Source: an uncultured Spirochaetota bacterium
GTDB lineage: Bacteria > Spirochaetota > Brevinematia > Brevinematales > JAOACQ01
Direction of reading: 5' to 3'
DNA: 64,000 nt
Assembly: GCA_963783575.1 (NCBI GenBank)
Contig: CAWAOD010000014.1
Coordinates: 464,002 to 528,001 of the forward strand
Shown: positions 1-10,619 of the stretch, piece after piece
How positions within the stretch are numbered: position 1 is the stretch's first letter
Layout of the letters: each line of letters opens with the position of its first letter
Translations under genes and position numbers: made by a program
Notes under the pieces: model-generated
The model's database searches: none
The model's input: the letters and a program-made list of their open reading frames with translations, nothing else
Told to the model about the DNA's origin: nothing

Positions 1-319
1 CAGCCTCAAATCCTGAAGGCCTAACCATTTCACGCAGCCTGTCACGGTTAAGGTCTGACTTATACTTTTTTGACCCGCCTTTCGGGTAGCAAAGCCATAA
101 ATGGCCGTCTCCTTCCAGAGCCATTATGGCCGATTCGAAGAATTGATTAAAATCCACGATGTTTGCCAGGAATAATTGTATGAATGAATAACCTGTTTTT
201 ATTGAGGAATGTACCTCTGACTGAATTTCTTTTATTGCCGGCTGAAATTCTTCAGGCGAATTAATGATTAAAACAGGATTTTGATTCTTCAAGCCTAGTT
301 TTTTAAGAATCGGGTTCAT
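1..319 (-). CDS. DUF3052-like hypothetical protein, partial (runs off the left edge)
   Basis: Manual translation MNPILKKLGLKNQNPVLIINSPEEF...DGHLWLCYPKGGSKKYKSDLNRD; G-rich RBS upstream; not in the ORF track because no stop lies inside the window. Confidence 0.6.
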   Translation of the reverse strand, partial: MNPILKKLGLKNQNPVLIINSPEEFQPAIKEIQSEVHSSIKTGYSFIQLFLANIVDFNQFFESAIMALEGDGHLWLCYPKGGSKKYKSDLNRDRLREMVRPSGFEA

Positions 320-482
320 AATATCCCCCCTAATTAAATAACGTATAGTTAATTATAAAAGCGATTCTTGACTTTATCAATGGAAATTGATTAAATTAAT
401 TTATAAAAAATCGACAATTGATTTTAAAAATATTATAATATAATGGTTTACAATTGTTAATTATAAAAAGGAGGAATTTTAC

Positions 483-2432
483 ATGCCAGGCGAGACCGAA
501 ACATTTCAATTCCAGGCGGAAAGCAGACAGCTTCTCGACCTGATGATCCATTCCATTTACACCAATAAGGAAATATTCCTTCGCGAACTGATATCCAACG
601 CATCGGATGCGCTTGACAAGATCCGCATCGAATCAATCACAAACCCGAACCTGATCAATCCCGGAGAAAATCTTGAAATCCGGCTGGAATCAGATAAAAA
701 CGCCAGGACACTTTCGATTATCGACAATGGTATCGGTATGAACAGGGATGAATTGATCAACCATATCGGCACAATCGCCCGTTCCGGAACGCAGGAATTC
801 ATTAACAAACTCAAAGAGAACAAATCACAGGAAACTCTTAACGAGATGATAGGCCAATTCGGTGTAGGTTTTTATTCGGCGTTCATGGCCGCGGATAAAA
901 TAATACTGCTGACAAGAAAGGCCGGTGAAGAAGAGGCTTACCGGTGGGAATCCTCGGGAGACGGGCAATATACAATAATTGAGGAAGAAAAACCTAATCA
1001 TGGAACAACTGTGATTTTGCATTTAAAACCTGTCGACCAGGAAAACGGAATTGAAGATTTCAGCGAATCTTATGTTATTTCAAGAATAGTAAAACATTAT
1101 TCGGATTTTATAAACTATCCGATCATAATGAAAGAGGAAAGAGAGGAAATAGAAAAAGATAAAGACGGAAAACCTGTAAAAGACGGAAAAAAGACAACAG
1201 TAATAGAGGATAAAACCTTAAATTCTATGAAACCTATCTGGTCGAGATCCCAATCGGAAGTTCCTGCCGAAGAATACAATGATTTTTATAAACACATCAC
1301 GCATGACTGGACTGAACCGCTCAAAACCATACCTTTTAAGGCTGAAGGAACGCTGGAGTTCTATTCCATTTTGTTTATTCCATCAAAAGCTCCTTTTGAT
1401 TTCTATTATCAAGGATATAAAAGCGGCTTACAGCTTTATGTCAAAAAGGTAATGATTATGGAGGCTTTTGAAGACCTTCTTCCGAAATATCTCCGATTTA
1501 TGAGGGGCGTTGTGGAATCTTCCGACCTGTCGCTGAACATTTCAAGGGAAATGCTTCAGAAGGACCGCCAGGTGAATCAGATGAAAAAGAGCCTGACCAA
1601 AAAAGTCCTTGACAGCCTGACCGACCTGTTTGCTAATGATAAGGAAACTTACCTTAAATTCTGGAAAGAGTTCGGCGATGCCCTGAAAGAAGGAGTTACA
1701 TCGGATTTTGAAAACCGCGACAAGCTTATGGGGCTTCTGCTTTTCGATTCATCTAATGATCCGGAAAAACTGACATCATTGGAAGATTATGTAAGCCGTA
1801 TGAAGGACGGACAGGAAGAAATATATTATTTATCGGGCGAGACTCGTAATATTGTTGAAAATTCACCTCACCTGGAAGCCATAAAACAGAAAGGTTATGA
1901 AGTTATCTTTCTGCTTAGGCCGATAGATGAAATAGTCGTTCAGTATATCCCGGATTTCAAGGGTAAAAAACTTAAGTCCGCTGCAAAAGGTACTTTTGAT
2001 GCCGGAAGCAAGGAAGAAAATGAAAAAGCTGAAAAAGAAATCAAGGAAAAAGAAACCGAATACGGTGATTTTATGAAGTTTATTAAGGAGAAACTTGATC
2101 AATCGGTTAAGGATGTCAGGCTTACAAACCGTCTGGTTTCAGCTCCCGCCTGTCTTGTCGGTGAGGATTTCGATATGAGTCCTTATCTTGAGAAACTCCT
2201 CCAGAAAGAAAATTCGAGTAAGACTGTTACAAAAAGAGTTCTTGAACTCAATCCAAAGCATGATATCATAATAAAGATGAATGAGAAATACAGGCAGGAC
2301 AAAGACAACCCAATTTTAAAGGATTATGCAGAACTTCTGCTGGGTTATGCAACATTATCGGAAGGGGGTGTTTTACAGGATCCAATAAAGTTTAACAAGC
2401 TGGTAATCGATCTTATGGATAAAGGTCTATAA
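483..2432 (+). CDS. htpG: Hsp90-family chaperone HtpG
   Basis: FQAE...IYTNKEIFLRELISNASDALDK and IGQFGVGFYSAF motifs; AGGAGG RBS. Confidence 0.98.
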   Translation: MPGETETFQFQAESRQLLDLMIHSIYTNKEIFLRELISNASDALDKIRIESITNPNLINPGENLEIRLESDKNARTLSIIDNGIGMNRDELINHIGTIARSGTQEFINKLKENKSQETLNEMIGQFGVGFYSAFMAADKIILLTRKAGEEEAYRWESSGDGQYTIIEEEKPNHGTTVILHLKPVDQENGIEDFSESYVISRIVKHYSDFINYPIIMKEEREEIEKDKDGKPVKDGKKTTVIEDKTLNSMKPIWSRSQSEVPAEEYNDFYKHITHDWTEPLKTIPFKAEGTLEFYSILFIPSKAPFDFYYQGYKSGLQLYVKKVMIMEAFEDLLPKYLRFMRGVVESSDLSLNISREMLQKDRQVNQMKKSLTKKVLDSLTDLFANDKETYLKFWKEFGDALKEGVTSDFENRDKLMGLLLFDSSNDPEKLTSLEDYVSRMKDGQEEIYYLSGETRNIVENSPHLEAIKQKGYEVIFLLRPIDEIVVQYIPDFKGKKLKSAAKGTFDAGSKEENEKAEKEIKEKETEYGDFMKFIKEKLDQSVKDVRLTNRLVSAPACLVGEDFDMSPYLEKLLQKENSSKTVTKRVLELNPKHDIIIKMNEKYRQDKDNPILKDYAELLLGYATLSEGGVLQDPIKFNKLVIDLMDKGL

Positions 2433-2455
2433 TCTAAGCTATTTTCAGGAATAAT

Positions 2456-2484
2456 TTGACAGAATATCCAATATTCATTAAAAT
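2456..2484 (+). promoter_or_regulatory. sigma70-type promoter of the tRNA-Pro transcript
   Basis: TTGACA-N17-TAAAAT. Confidence 0.75.
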
Positions 2485-2550
2485 ATACTACCCTGAGGCG
2501 GGGCGATTGTTAATCAAACGCCGCCGGATTTCTCAGGGTATTTTTATAAT

Positions 2551-2625
2551 CGGGCTGTAGCGCAGTTTGGCTAGCGCGCTTGGTTCGGGACCAAGAAGCC
2601 GAGGGTTCAAATCCCTCCAGCCCGA
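2551..2625 (+). tRNA. tRNA-Pro (anticodon CGG), CCA not encoded
   Basis: Acceptor stem CGGGCTG/CAGCCCG; anticodon arm CTTGG-TTCGGGA-CCAAG; T-loop GGTTCAAATCC. Confidence 0.96.
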
Positions 2626-2658
2626 AGTTTAAAAAATCCGCTCTTCGGAGAAGTTTCT

Positions 2659-3630
2659 ATGCCCTTCATTGAAATGCCACTGGAATCATTGCAAGCCTAT
2701 CTGCCAGCCGGTACAGAAAATAAGGATTTTGACGAATTCTGGGAAAAAACGCTGACAGAATCACGGTCTTTCGGATTAAATCCGGTTTTTTATCCGGTCG
2801 ATTCCCTGCTGAAAACAATTGAAACATATGATGTAACTTTCTCCGGATTTAACGGACAGCCGATAAAAGGCTGGCTGATGTTGCCTAAAGTTCGCAATGG
2901 AAAGCTCCCATGCGTTGTGGAGTTTGTCGGATACGGCGGCGGAAGGGGATTTCCAATCGACTGGCTTCTATGGAGCAGCGCCGGTTATGCCCATTTTGTT
3001 ATGGATACCCGTGGTGAAGGCAGTACCTGGCTTTGCGGCGATACAACCGATATTGAAGGACCGGATTCCAATCCCCAGTTTCCAGGTTTTATGACCCGCG
3101 GTATTCTCAAACCGGAAACATATTTTTACCGCAGGGTTTTTACCGACGCGGTTCGCGCTGTGGAAGCTGCAAAATCATTCCCGGAAATCGATTCCGGAAG
3201 AATCGCCGTAACCGGTGGAAGCCAGGGCGGCGGAATCTCGATTGCAGTCAGCGGACTTGTACCCGGTATTGCTGTGGTTATGCCCGATGTGCCGTTTCTC
3301 TGCCATTTCAGAAGGGCGCTTGATATGACAAATCAAATGCCGTATGGAGAAATTATTCGTTTTCTTAGCATTCACAGGGATAAAATAAATATGGTTTTTA
3401 ACACTCTATCCTATTTTGACGGTATGAACTTAGCGGCAAGAGCAAAATGTAGGGCACTCTTTTCTGTGGCCATGATGGATGATACATGTCCTCCTTCAAC
3501 TGTTTTTGCGGCTTACAACCGATACGCAGGCCCAAAAGACATCAAAATCTATCAATACAACAATCATGAAGGCGGGGCTTCTTATCAGAATATTGAAAAG
3601 ATGAAATTTTTAAAGCATTTATGGGGATAG
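2659..3630 (+). CDS. Acetylxylan esterase / cephalosporin-C deacetylase (CE7)
   Basis: GGSQGGG nucleophile motif, DxxCPPST, late NHE histidine; DFDEFW N-terminus. Confidence 0.93.
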   Translation: MPFIEMPLESLQAYLPAGTENKDFDEFWEKTLTESRSFGLNPVFYPVDSLLKTIETYDVTFSGFNGQPIKGWLMLPKVRNGKLPCVVEFVGYGGGRGFPIDWLLWSSAGYAHFVMDTRGEGSTWLCGDTTDIEGPDSNPQFPGFMTRGILKPETYFYRRVFTDAVRAVEAAKSFPEIDSGRIAVTGGSQGGGISIAVSGLVPGIAVVMPDVPFLCHFRRALDMTNQMPYGEIIRFLSIHRDKINMVFNTLSYFDGMNLAARAKCRALFSVAMMDDTCPPSTVFAAYNRYAGPKDIKIYQYNNHEGGASYQNIEKMKFLKHLWG

Positions 3631-3638
3631 AAAAATAA

Positions 3639-4103
3639 ATGAATCGTATTTTATCGGAAAGATTGAATCAAGTCAATGAGGGATATTTTCAATTTAATGA
3701 ATTACCTCCCATAAAATGGAGTAAGGGTGTTATCAAGAAAAAATACAGGAAGTTAACATTCGGCACATATGATATCAAAAATAATCAAATCAGGATTCAT
3801 CCGATTTTGAAAAATGAGAAAATACCGGTATTTGTGCTGGATTTTGTGATTTACCATGAAATGCTTCATTATGAGGACCGGAAAGATCTCAAAACTAAGA
3901 AAAAAATATTAATTCCTGTTATTTCATTTAAAAAGCAGCTAAGCCGGCCGATCAGATACGTTAGAAAGAAAAATTATATTCATACTTCGGAATTTCATAA
4001 CCGTGAAAAAGAATTTCCCAGGAAAATCGAGGCCGGTAAGATAATGCGTGAAATTGTGCATGGCAAGTATGATTTTGAAATTTCTGAAAAAACATTATTT
4101 TAA
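3639..4103 (+). CDS. SprT/YgjP-like zinc metalloprotein
   Basis: IRIHP...FVIYHEMLH (HExxH) plus downstream HTSEF. Confidence 0.7.
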   Translation: MNRILSERLNQVNEGYFQFNELPPIKWSKGVIKKKYRKLTFGTYDIKNNQIRIHPILKNEKIPVFVLDFVIYHEMLHYEDRKDLKTKKKILIPVISFKKQLSRPIRYVRKKNYIHTSEFHNREKEFPRKIEAGKIMREIVHGKYDFEISEKTLF

Positions 4104-4173
4104 TCAAATCTGTACTATAACATTTCAAGAAAATATATATCACGTTTATAGGCATTTTGGAATTGAATTCGGA

Positions 4174-6489
4174 TCAAGCGTCATGCTTATTGATTTCTAT
4201 ATGAACTTCATCTTCCTTAATATCCGCTACTGCGGTCCCGCCTTTAGCCAATTTTCCAAACAAGACCTCATCGACAAAGAAATTTTTAACCTTGTCCTGG
4301 ATAAGTCTTGCAATTTCCCTTGCTCCGAAAACTTTTGAAAAACCTTTATCAGCAAGCCATTTGAGGCATGAATCTGTAACCTGTAATTGGATTTTTTTAG
4401 ATTTAAGCTGATCCTGGAATTCTCCGACCTGTTTTTTTACAATTTTCAGGATTATGCCCTCGTTGAGATTATTGAATGTTATTATTCCATCAAGCCGGTT
4501 CCTGAATTCGGGAGAAAAAAGTGTTTCAAGCGCTTTAGCTGCAGTTTTGGATTTATCATCCGATTCGTCATTCTGCAGCCCGAAACCCAGGCTGCCTTTC
4601 TCCATTTCCCTGGCACCCGCGTTTGAAGTCATTATTATTATTACATGCCGGAAATCCGCCTTTTTACCGCTGCCGTCGGTTAGTGTAGCATAATCCATCA
4701 CCTGAAGCAAAGTATTGAAAATATCAGGGTGGGCCTTTTCTATTTCATCCAGAAGAAGTACCGAGTATGGTGCCCGGCGAATCGCCTCCGTTAAAAGCCC
4801 TCCCTCCTCAAAACCGACATACCCCGGAGGAGCTCCAATCAAGCGTGCTACGGTATGCTTTTCCAGGTACTCGCTCATATCAAAGCGGTTGAGAGACAGG
4901 CTTAATATTGATGCAAGCTGTTTGACTAATTCTGTCTTTCCCACACCAGTAGGCCCGATAAATAAAAATGATGCCGTCGGTTTATTTGCATCGCGGAAAC
5001 CCGCTCTCGAACGTTTAATGGCATCGGTAACCCTGCGAACCGCTTCATCCTGTCCGAAAATGTTTTCAAGCAGCCCATTCTCAAGGTTCTTCAACTGTTG
5101 AAGCTCTGTTGTTGAAAGGTTTTTCTCAGGTATCCTTGCTATTCTGGAAACAATCTTCTCAACATCATGCTGTCTGATAACAGCTTTTTTGGTCTCGCCT
5201 TTCTTCCTGTGCATCCTGGAAAATGCCCCTGCCTCATCTATTACATCGATTGCCTTATCCGGCAGGTGCCTCTCGTTAATATATTTCGCGGATAATTCCA
5301 CTGCCGATTTCAGGGCGGCTTCGGAATAGCTTACCTGATGAAATTCTTCATATTTAGGCTTCAAACCAATGAGAATTTTATAGGTCTCATTTTCAGTAGG
5401 TTCCGGAATCTCAATTTTCTGGAAACGTCTGGAAAGTGCCCTATCTTTTTCAAAATATTTTTTATATTCCTCAAAAGTTGTTGAACCGATGCACCTGATT
5501 TTACCTCCGGCTAGAGCCGGTTTTAAAATATTCGATGCGTCCATCGAACCGCCTGAAACCGCTCCGGCACCAACAATCGTATGAATTTCGTCGATGAAAA
5601 GTATTACATTGTCCAGTTTTTTTAGCTCATTTATCACTTTTTTCAATCTCTCCTCAAAATCGCCTCGGAACCTTGTCCCCGCAAGAAGAGATCCCATATC
5701 AAGCGAATATATTCCGGCTCCCTTTAACGGATCCGGTACCTTACCCTCTGCCACAAGAGCTGCAAGGCCTTCGGTTATTGCGGTCTTCCCGACTCCGGGT
5801 TCACCGACATAAATCGGGTTATTTTTAAATCTTCTGCAGAGAACCTGCATTGTCCTTTCAAGAATTTCCTCCCTGCCGATCAGAGGCTCGATATCTCCGT
5901 TCCTTGCTTTTTCAACAAGCTCTGTTGTAAACAGAGACAATGCGCTGTTTTTACTGCTTTTATTATTCTGCGCATATTCTGCTTCATCCTCATCTTCAGG
6001 AATCTGATCTTTACTCTGCCTGTTCTCTATAGTTGAAGGAAGAATTGCCCCATCATCGGGAATAACAGAAATTCCATGAGATATATAATTTAAAAGATCC
6101 AGTTTTGTTATTCCCTGATTTGTTATAAAAAAAGCTGCAAATGAATCTTTTTCATCCATTATCGCGATATAAATATCGCCTATATTCAATTCTTTTTTCC
6201 TCGGATCGCTCACTGCGAACAGCGCCCTTGTCAAAACCTCCTGCAACCCGATTGATTCGGATGGTTCCGAACCTTCTCTCACCGGCTGGTAATACTGCTT
6301 AAAATAATCATCAAGAGAGCGCTTCATAGCTTCTATATCAGCACCGCAGTGATAAAGAATTTCAGCCCCGTAATCAAAAAAAAGCGAAGCATAAAGAAGA
6401 TGTTCCGGCGTAAAATATTCATGTTTTCTTGCTTTAGCCTCATTGTAAGCCGCCAGGATGATCCTGTTCAGCTCCTCATTTATATCCAT
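4174..6489 (-). CDS. clpA: ATP-dependent Clp protease ATP-binding subunit ClpA
   Basis: Clp_N domain (HEYFTPEHLL), two AAA modules (GEPGVGKT, GPTGVGKT), no long middle coiled coil, LGF ClpP-binding loop. Confidence 0.95.
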   Translation of the reverse strand: MDINEELNRIILAAYNEAKARKHEYFTPEHLLYASLFFDYGAEILYHCGADIEAMKRSLDDYFKQYYQPVREGSEPSESIGLQEVLTRALFAVSDPRKKELNIGDIYIAIMDEKDSFAAFFITNQGITKLDLLNYISHGISVIPDDGAILPSTIENRQSKDQIPEDEDEAEYAQNNKSSKNSALSLFTTELVEKARNGDIEPLIGREEILERTMQVLCRRFKNNPIYVGEPGVGKTAITEGLAALVAEGKVPDPLKGAGIYSLDMGSLLAGTRFRGDFEERLKKVINELKKLDNVILFIDEIHTIVGAGAVSGGSMDASNILKPALAGGKIRCIGSTTFEEYKKYFEKDRALSRRFQKIEIPEPTENETYKILIGLKPKYEEFHQVSYSEAALKSAVELSAKYINERHLPDKAIDVIDEAGAFSRMHRKKGETKKAVIRQHDVEKIVSRIARIPEKNLSTTELQQLKNLENGLLENIFGQDEAVRRVTDAIKRSRAGFRDANKPTASFLFIGPTGVGKTELVKQLASILSLSLNRFDMSEYLEKHTVARLIGAPPGYVGFEEGGLLTEAIRRAPYSVLLLDEIEKAHPDIFNTLLQVMDYATLTDGSGKKADFRHVIIIMTSNAGAREMEKGSLGFGLQNDESDDKSKTAAKALETLFSPEFRNRLDGIITFNNLNEGIILKIVKKQVGEFQDQLKSKKIQLQVTDSCLKWLADKGFSKVFGAREIARLIQDKVKNFFVDEVLFGKLAKGGTAVADIKEDEVHIEINKHDA

Positions 6490-6513
6490 AAAACCTGCCG
6501 TATTTTATAAATT

Positions 6514-6690
6514 TTATTCATCCGTTTCAGGATGATTTTTAATATTTTTTAATTTTTCTTTTATTTCTTTTCTGTTATTTTTTTCTTTATAATCATGTAT
6601 CTTAGGTTTCCGGTTTAATATCATATACTTGATTAATTCCTTATCCTGGTGGTTGTCATCGGAAGTTATTATTATTTTTTCTTTTTTCAT
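6514..6690 (-). CDS. Small basic hypothetical protein (58 aa) upstream of clpA
   Basis: Manual translation MKKEKIIITSDDNHQDKELIKYMILNRKPKIHDYKEKNNRKEIKEKLKNIKNHPETDE; GAGG RBS; ends 24 bp before the clpA start. Confidence 0.5.
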   Translation of the reverse strand: MKKEKIIITSDDNHQDKELIKYMILNRKPKIHDYKEKNNRKEIKEKLKNIKNHPETDE

Positions 6691-6946
6691 AAAAAATCCT
6701 CAGAATGATTACAAGCTATATTATTATTAGTTAAATCTCATATAAAACCACTGTATATATTAAAATAATAATATTAATAATCAATTTTGTCAATAGACAA
6801 TGCAAACAAATGAGGTACCGTTACAAAATCCATAATAAACTACTGTAAAGTAAACAGCTGAATTTTGTGAATGGTCTGTTATATCAATATCAGCAAGAAT
6901 GTATGGATTTGATCGGATCAAGCATCATACTTATTAAAATTTATTA

Positions 6947-6975
6947 TTGACAGTATATTTAAGTTTTATTATAAT
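6947..6975 (+). promoter_or_regulatory. Consensus sigma70 promoter of the PhzF-family gene
   Basis: TTGACA-N17-TATAAT. Confidence 0.8.
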
Positions 6976-7008
6976 TGTGCAACAAAAGTCAAATAAAGGA
7001 TATAATAT

Positions 7009-7875
7009 ATGAAATTTTTTATCGTTGATGTCTTCGGTGAAACCAGGTATTCCGGTAACCAGCTTGCCGTTTTTATGGCAAAACCCGGGTTGACATCTGA
7101 AGAAATGCAGAAAATCGCAAGTGAAATTCATTTTTCAGAAACAACATTCATCCTTAAAAATTTTCCGGTTAATGAGGGATATGATGTAAGAATATTTACT
7201 CCTGAACATGAAGTTGATTTTGCAGGTCATCCTACTCTGGGTACTGCATATATTATTAAAAAATTTGTTATTGGAAAACCGGTTGATAAAGTATCTCTTA
7301 ATTTAAAAGTTGGTAGGATACCTGTATTTTTTTCAAAGGATAAAATATTGCGGATGAAGCAAAATGAACCGGTTTTCGGAAAGATATTCGGTGCAAAAGA
7401 AATAATGGGCATTCTCAGCCTTCCAATTGAAGCCTCTGATGAAGGCTTTCCAATACAGGAAATATCAACCGGCCTGCCTCACATCATAGTACCATTAAAA
7501 AATATCGAATATTTAAAAAAAACAAAAATTCAAAAAGATATTTTGTTTTCTTTTATTGAAAAAACTCAGGCTAAAGTTATTCTTATATTTTGTCCTCAAG
7601 GCAGGACTCAGGATCACGATATTAGCGTCCGTATGTTCGCGGATTATTACGGAATAACAGAAGATCCGGCAACCGGAAGCGGTAATGGTTGTCTTGCCGG
7701 ATATCTGGTAAAATACAGTTATTTCAGCACAAAAAAAATTGACATTAAAGCCGGCCAGGGATACGAAATTAATAGGCCTTCACTGCTTTTTCTTCAGGCG
7801 AAGGAAGAAAACGGACATATTGAAGTCTCTGTCGGCGGAAAAGTTATATATATTGCTAAGGGTGAATGGGAATAA
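7009..7875 (+). CDS. PhzF-family isomerase
   Basis: VDVF...GNQLAV, SETTF, RIFTP.EVDFAGHPTLG, EDPATGSG motifs. Confidence 0.93.
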   Translation: MKFFIVDVFGETRYSGNQLAVFMAKPGLTSEEMQKIASEIHFSETTFILKNFPVNEGYDVRIFTPEHEVDFAGHPTLGTAYIIKKFVIGKPVDKVSLNLKVGRIPVFFSKDKILRMKQNEPVFGKIFGAKEIMGILSLPIEASDEGFPIQEISTGLPHIIVPLKNIEYLKKTKIQKDILFSFIEKTQAKVILIFCPQGRTQDHDISVRMFADYYGITEDPATGSGNGCLAGYLVKYSYFSTKKIDIKAGQGYEINRPSLLFLQAKEENGHIEVSVGGKVIYIAKGEWE

Positions 7876-7882
7876 TCCGGAA

Positions 7883-9154
7883 TCAATACCCGATTATATC
7901 CACACATAGCATATAAGAGTCGCCCGAATAATCGTCAATTCTCTGCGCCACAGTCACGCACAAGTTCCCCGATGCAAGCGAAGTATAAGGTTCGGTTATA
8001 TAACTAAAATTATTGTTTTTATTCTGCAGGTAATAGTCTTTAATGGAATGATCATCTCCTTTTTGTGCAGGATGAAAGAGCGAGTTTCTGTTTTGGAATA
8101 TCCTCAGAGGATTCATAATCGTACTGCTTGCCTGTACGCCTGTTTTATCCAGAATATATAAACATTCTATAACCGGATTGATTTCTACAAGTTTCAGAAG
8201 TATTTTATCGAAATTGTCAGGCGTGCATTTCCGTATTTCATCAATTATCGGTTCGATTATGCTTTCATAGCTTTTACGCTTATTGCCTACCGCGCTGTTT
8301 TTCCCGATAATAAATGATTTATAACGGTCGGCAATCAGCCTGATTTTATTTTCAATATATCCGAAGTTCAAAGTCCCAACAGGTTCCGCTTTTGAAAAAT
8401 AAAATCCCTGCATAATATCAGTCCCAAGTTCAAGGGATTTTATAATCTCATCTTCTTTTTCCAATCCTTCCGCCAGGGAAAGCCCCCCGGTCTTTTTGAT
8501 CAGGTTTATCATAGACTTAACTATTTCCTGTTTATAATATTCCTTATCGATATTTGTTATTAGAGATCTGTCAATCTTTAAAATATTTGGTTTTATTACG
8601 GCTATTCTTTCCATATTTGAATGACCTATTCCAAAATCGTCAAGCGCAAAAAGAAAGCCGTATTTTTTGTATGTGCTTATAAATTGTTCAACAGCAAAGA
8701 AATTTTGAATTGAATGTTCTGTAATTTCAATGATGATATTTTTTGGGCTGATGCCAGTCTGTTCGACCGATTTTAACAGATGCCCCGATCCCACTACTCC
8801 CCGGTTTATTATTGAAATATCAAAGTTTAAAAATAAAACCATATCATTATTTCCTGCATACAGTTTAGCAAATCCTTCAAGTGCTTTTTTCCGGCATAGC
8901 CTGTCAAGCTCGAGAGATAGATTTTTATTTTTAGCCAGTTCAAATAATTCAACTGGAGAAACCTGTCTGCTTGAAATGTTCTGTTTATACCTGCATAATC
9001 CCTCAACGCCCACAATCGATCTTTTTTTGACGGAAAGTATTGGCTGAAAAAATATTTCAATATCCTCATTTTTTAATAACTCTTCAATATCCAATTCTGA
9101 TTTTAGATTATCGTTATTAATAGTAAAATCCATAGAAACCTCAATAAAATACAA
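7883..9154 (-). CDS. EAL-domain c-di-GMP phosphodiesterase with C-terminal YkuI-like sensor domain
   Basis: FQPI, EGLCR, EITE, DDFGIG, KIDRS, AEGLE, QGFY motifs; C-terminal PAS/Cache-like segment. Confidence 0.88.
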   Translation of the reverse strand: MYFIEVSMDFTINNDNLKSELDIEELLKNEDIEIFFQPILSVKKRSIVGVEGLCRYKQNISSRQVSPVELFELAKNKNLSLELDRLCRKKALEGFAKLYAGNNDMVLFLNFDISIINRGVVGSGHLLKSVEQTGISPKNIIIEITEHSIQNFFAVEQFISTYKKYGFLFALDDFGIGHSNMERIAVIKPNILKIDRSLITNIDKEYYKQEIVKSMINLIKKTGGLSLAEGLEKEDEIIKSLELGTDIMQGFYFSKAEPVGTLNFGYIENKIRLIADRYKSFIIGKNSAVGNKRKSYESIIEPIIDEIRKCTPDNFDKILLKLVEINPVIECLYILDKTGVQASSTIMNPLRIFQNRNSLFHPAQKGDDHSIKDYYLQNKNNNFSYITEPYTSLASGNLCVTVAQRIDDYSGDSYMLCVDIIGY

Positions 9155-9423
9155 TATGATTAAATGTTAAGCAATTTCAATGCCACAATTAGTATTTAAA
9201 AAAGTATTAAGGTTATTTATTGTAATAGAAATATTTTATAAATTTAACAATAATTTTATGGAATCTTTGACTGATTGATGATATGATTATTATTTATGCA
9301 TAATTCCATAGAATGTGATCAATAATTGGTCAAATATTCTAATGTTGCGACGGGATTAATTCTGTGAATCCGATGCTCCATAACTCTTGTTAATAAAATT
9401 ATTTCTATTTATAATATTTTATC

Positions 9424-10506
9424 ATGAAAATTCGAAAAATTATCCACATCGATATGGATGCTTATTATGCTTCCGTTGAACAGAGAGAAAACCCCGGACT
9501 GTTGGGAAAACCTGTTATTGTCGGCGGAAAGCCTGAAGAAAGGGGTGTCGTATCAACCTGCTCTTACGAAGCAAGAAAATTTGGTATACATTCGGCGATG
9601 TCAACGGTAAAAGCCCTCCGGTTGTGCCCCACTGCAATATTAGTATCTCCTCATTTCGATCTTTATGTAAAAATCTCATCGGATATTAATAAAATCTTCC
9701 ATGAATATACCGATCTTGTTGAACCAATGTCATTGGATGAGGCTTACCTGGATGTAACAGAAAACAAAAAAGGAATGCCTTATGCGGTTAAAATCGCACG
9801 TGAAATTAAAAAGGAAATTTTTCATAAAACCCGCCTCACTGCTTCGGCAGGAGTTTCCTATAATAAATTTCTTGCAAAGGTCGCTTCCGGTTATAAAAAA
9901 CCGGATGGTTTAACGATTGTACTGCCCGAAGACGCCCAGGAATTTATTGACAAACTTCCTATCGGGAACTTTTACGGCGTCGGCAAAGTTACGGAAAAAG
10001 TCATGCTCTCCCTTGGGATTAGAACAGGGCTGGATTTGAGGCTCAAATCCATTGAAGAATTGACCTACCATTTTGGAAAAAGCGGAATATGGTTTTATAA
10101 TCTTTCAAGGGGCATTGACGAATCGCCCATAGAAGCTTACAGGGAAAGACAATCCATCGGAAGGGAAATAACATTAATGCAGGATATCACCGATATGAAT
10201 ATGATCAAAGAAATTCTGGAGGAAATTGCGTTTGAAGTGGAAACAATGCTCAAAGAAAATAATGAAAAAGGAAAAACTTTAACGCTTAAAATAAAATATT
10301 CTGATTTTAAATCAATTACAAGAAGTGTAACTATTGACAATCCTACAGATTCCGCGACTAAAATTTTCATTGAAATTGAAAAACTTCTTCTAAAAACCGA
10401 AGCCGGGTTTAAAAAAATAAGGCTCCTTGGCATTTCAGTTTCAAATTTTCATCCTGAAATGAAGAAGCCGAGAATTTCGATTCAATTGAATCTTCCGTTT
10501 CAATGA
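9424..10506 (+). CDS. dinB: DNA polymerase IV
   Basis: IIHIDMDAYYASVE, SYEARKFG, SLDEAYLD, KPDG motifs. Confidence 0.96.
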   Translation: MKIRKIIHIDMDAYYASVEQRENPGLLGKPVIVGGKPEERGVVSTCSYEARKFGIHSAMSTVKALRLCPTAILVSPHFDLYVKISSDINKIFHEYTDLVEPMSLDEAYLDVTENKKGMPYAVKIAREIKKEIFHKTRLTASAGVSYNKFLAKVASGYKKPDGLTIVLPEDAQEFIDKLPIGNFYGVGKVTEKVMLSLGIRTGLDLRLKSIEELTYHFGKSGIWFYNLSRGIDESPIEAYRERQSIGREITLMQDITDMNMIKEILEEIAFEVETMLKENNEKGKTLTLKIKYSDFKSITRSVTIDNPTDSATKIFIEIEKLLLKTEAGFKKIRLLGISVSNFHPEMKKPRISIQLNLPFQ

Positions 10507-10619
10507 AAACTTGCTGCCGCGAGAGCTGCAATGTGTGCGGGGCTATTTGTTGCAGGAAATTGACTTTAGATATAGTAAAGCTTTATAATATCAATTAAAT
10601 TTATAGAAAGGCGGTTTAT

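Noticed and set aside
330..482. CIRCE heat-shock operator upstream of htpG
   Set aside because: No TTAGCACTC-N9-GAGTGCTAA match.
2551..2625. tRNA-Pro as the integration site of a genomic island
   Set aside because: No integrase nearby and no duplicated tRNA 3' end noticed in the window.
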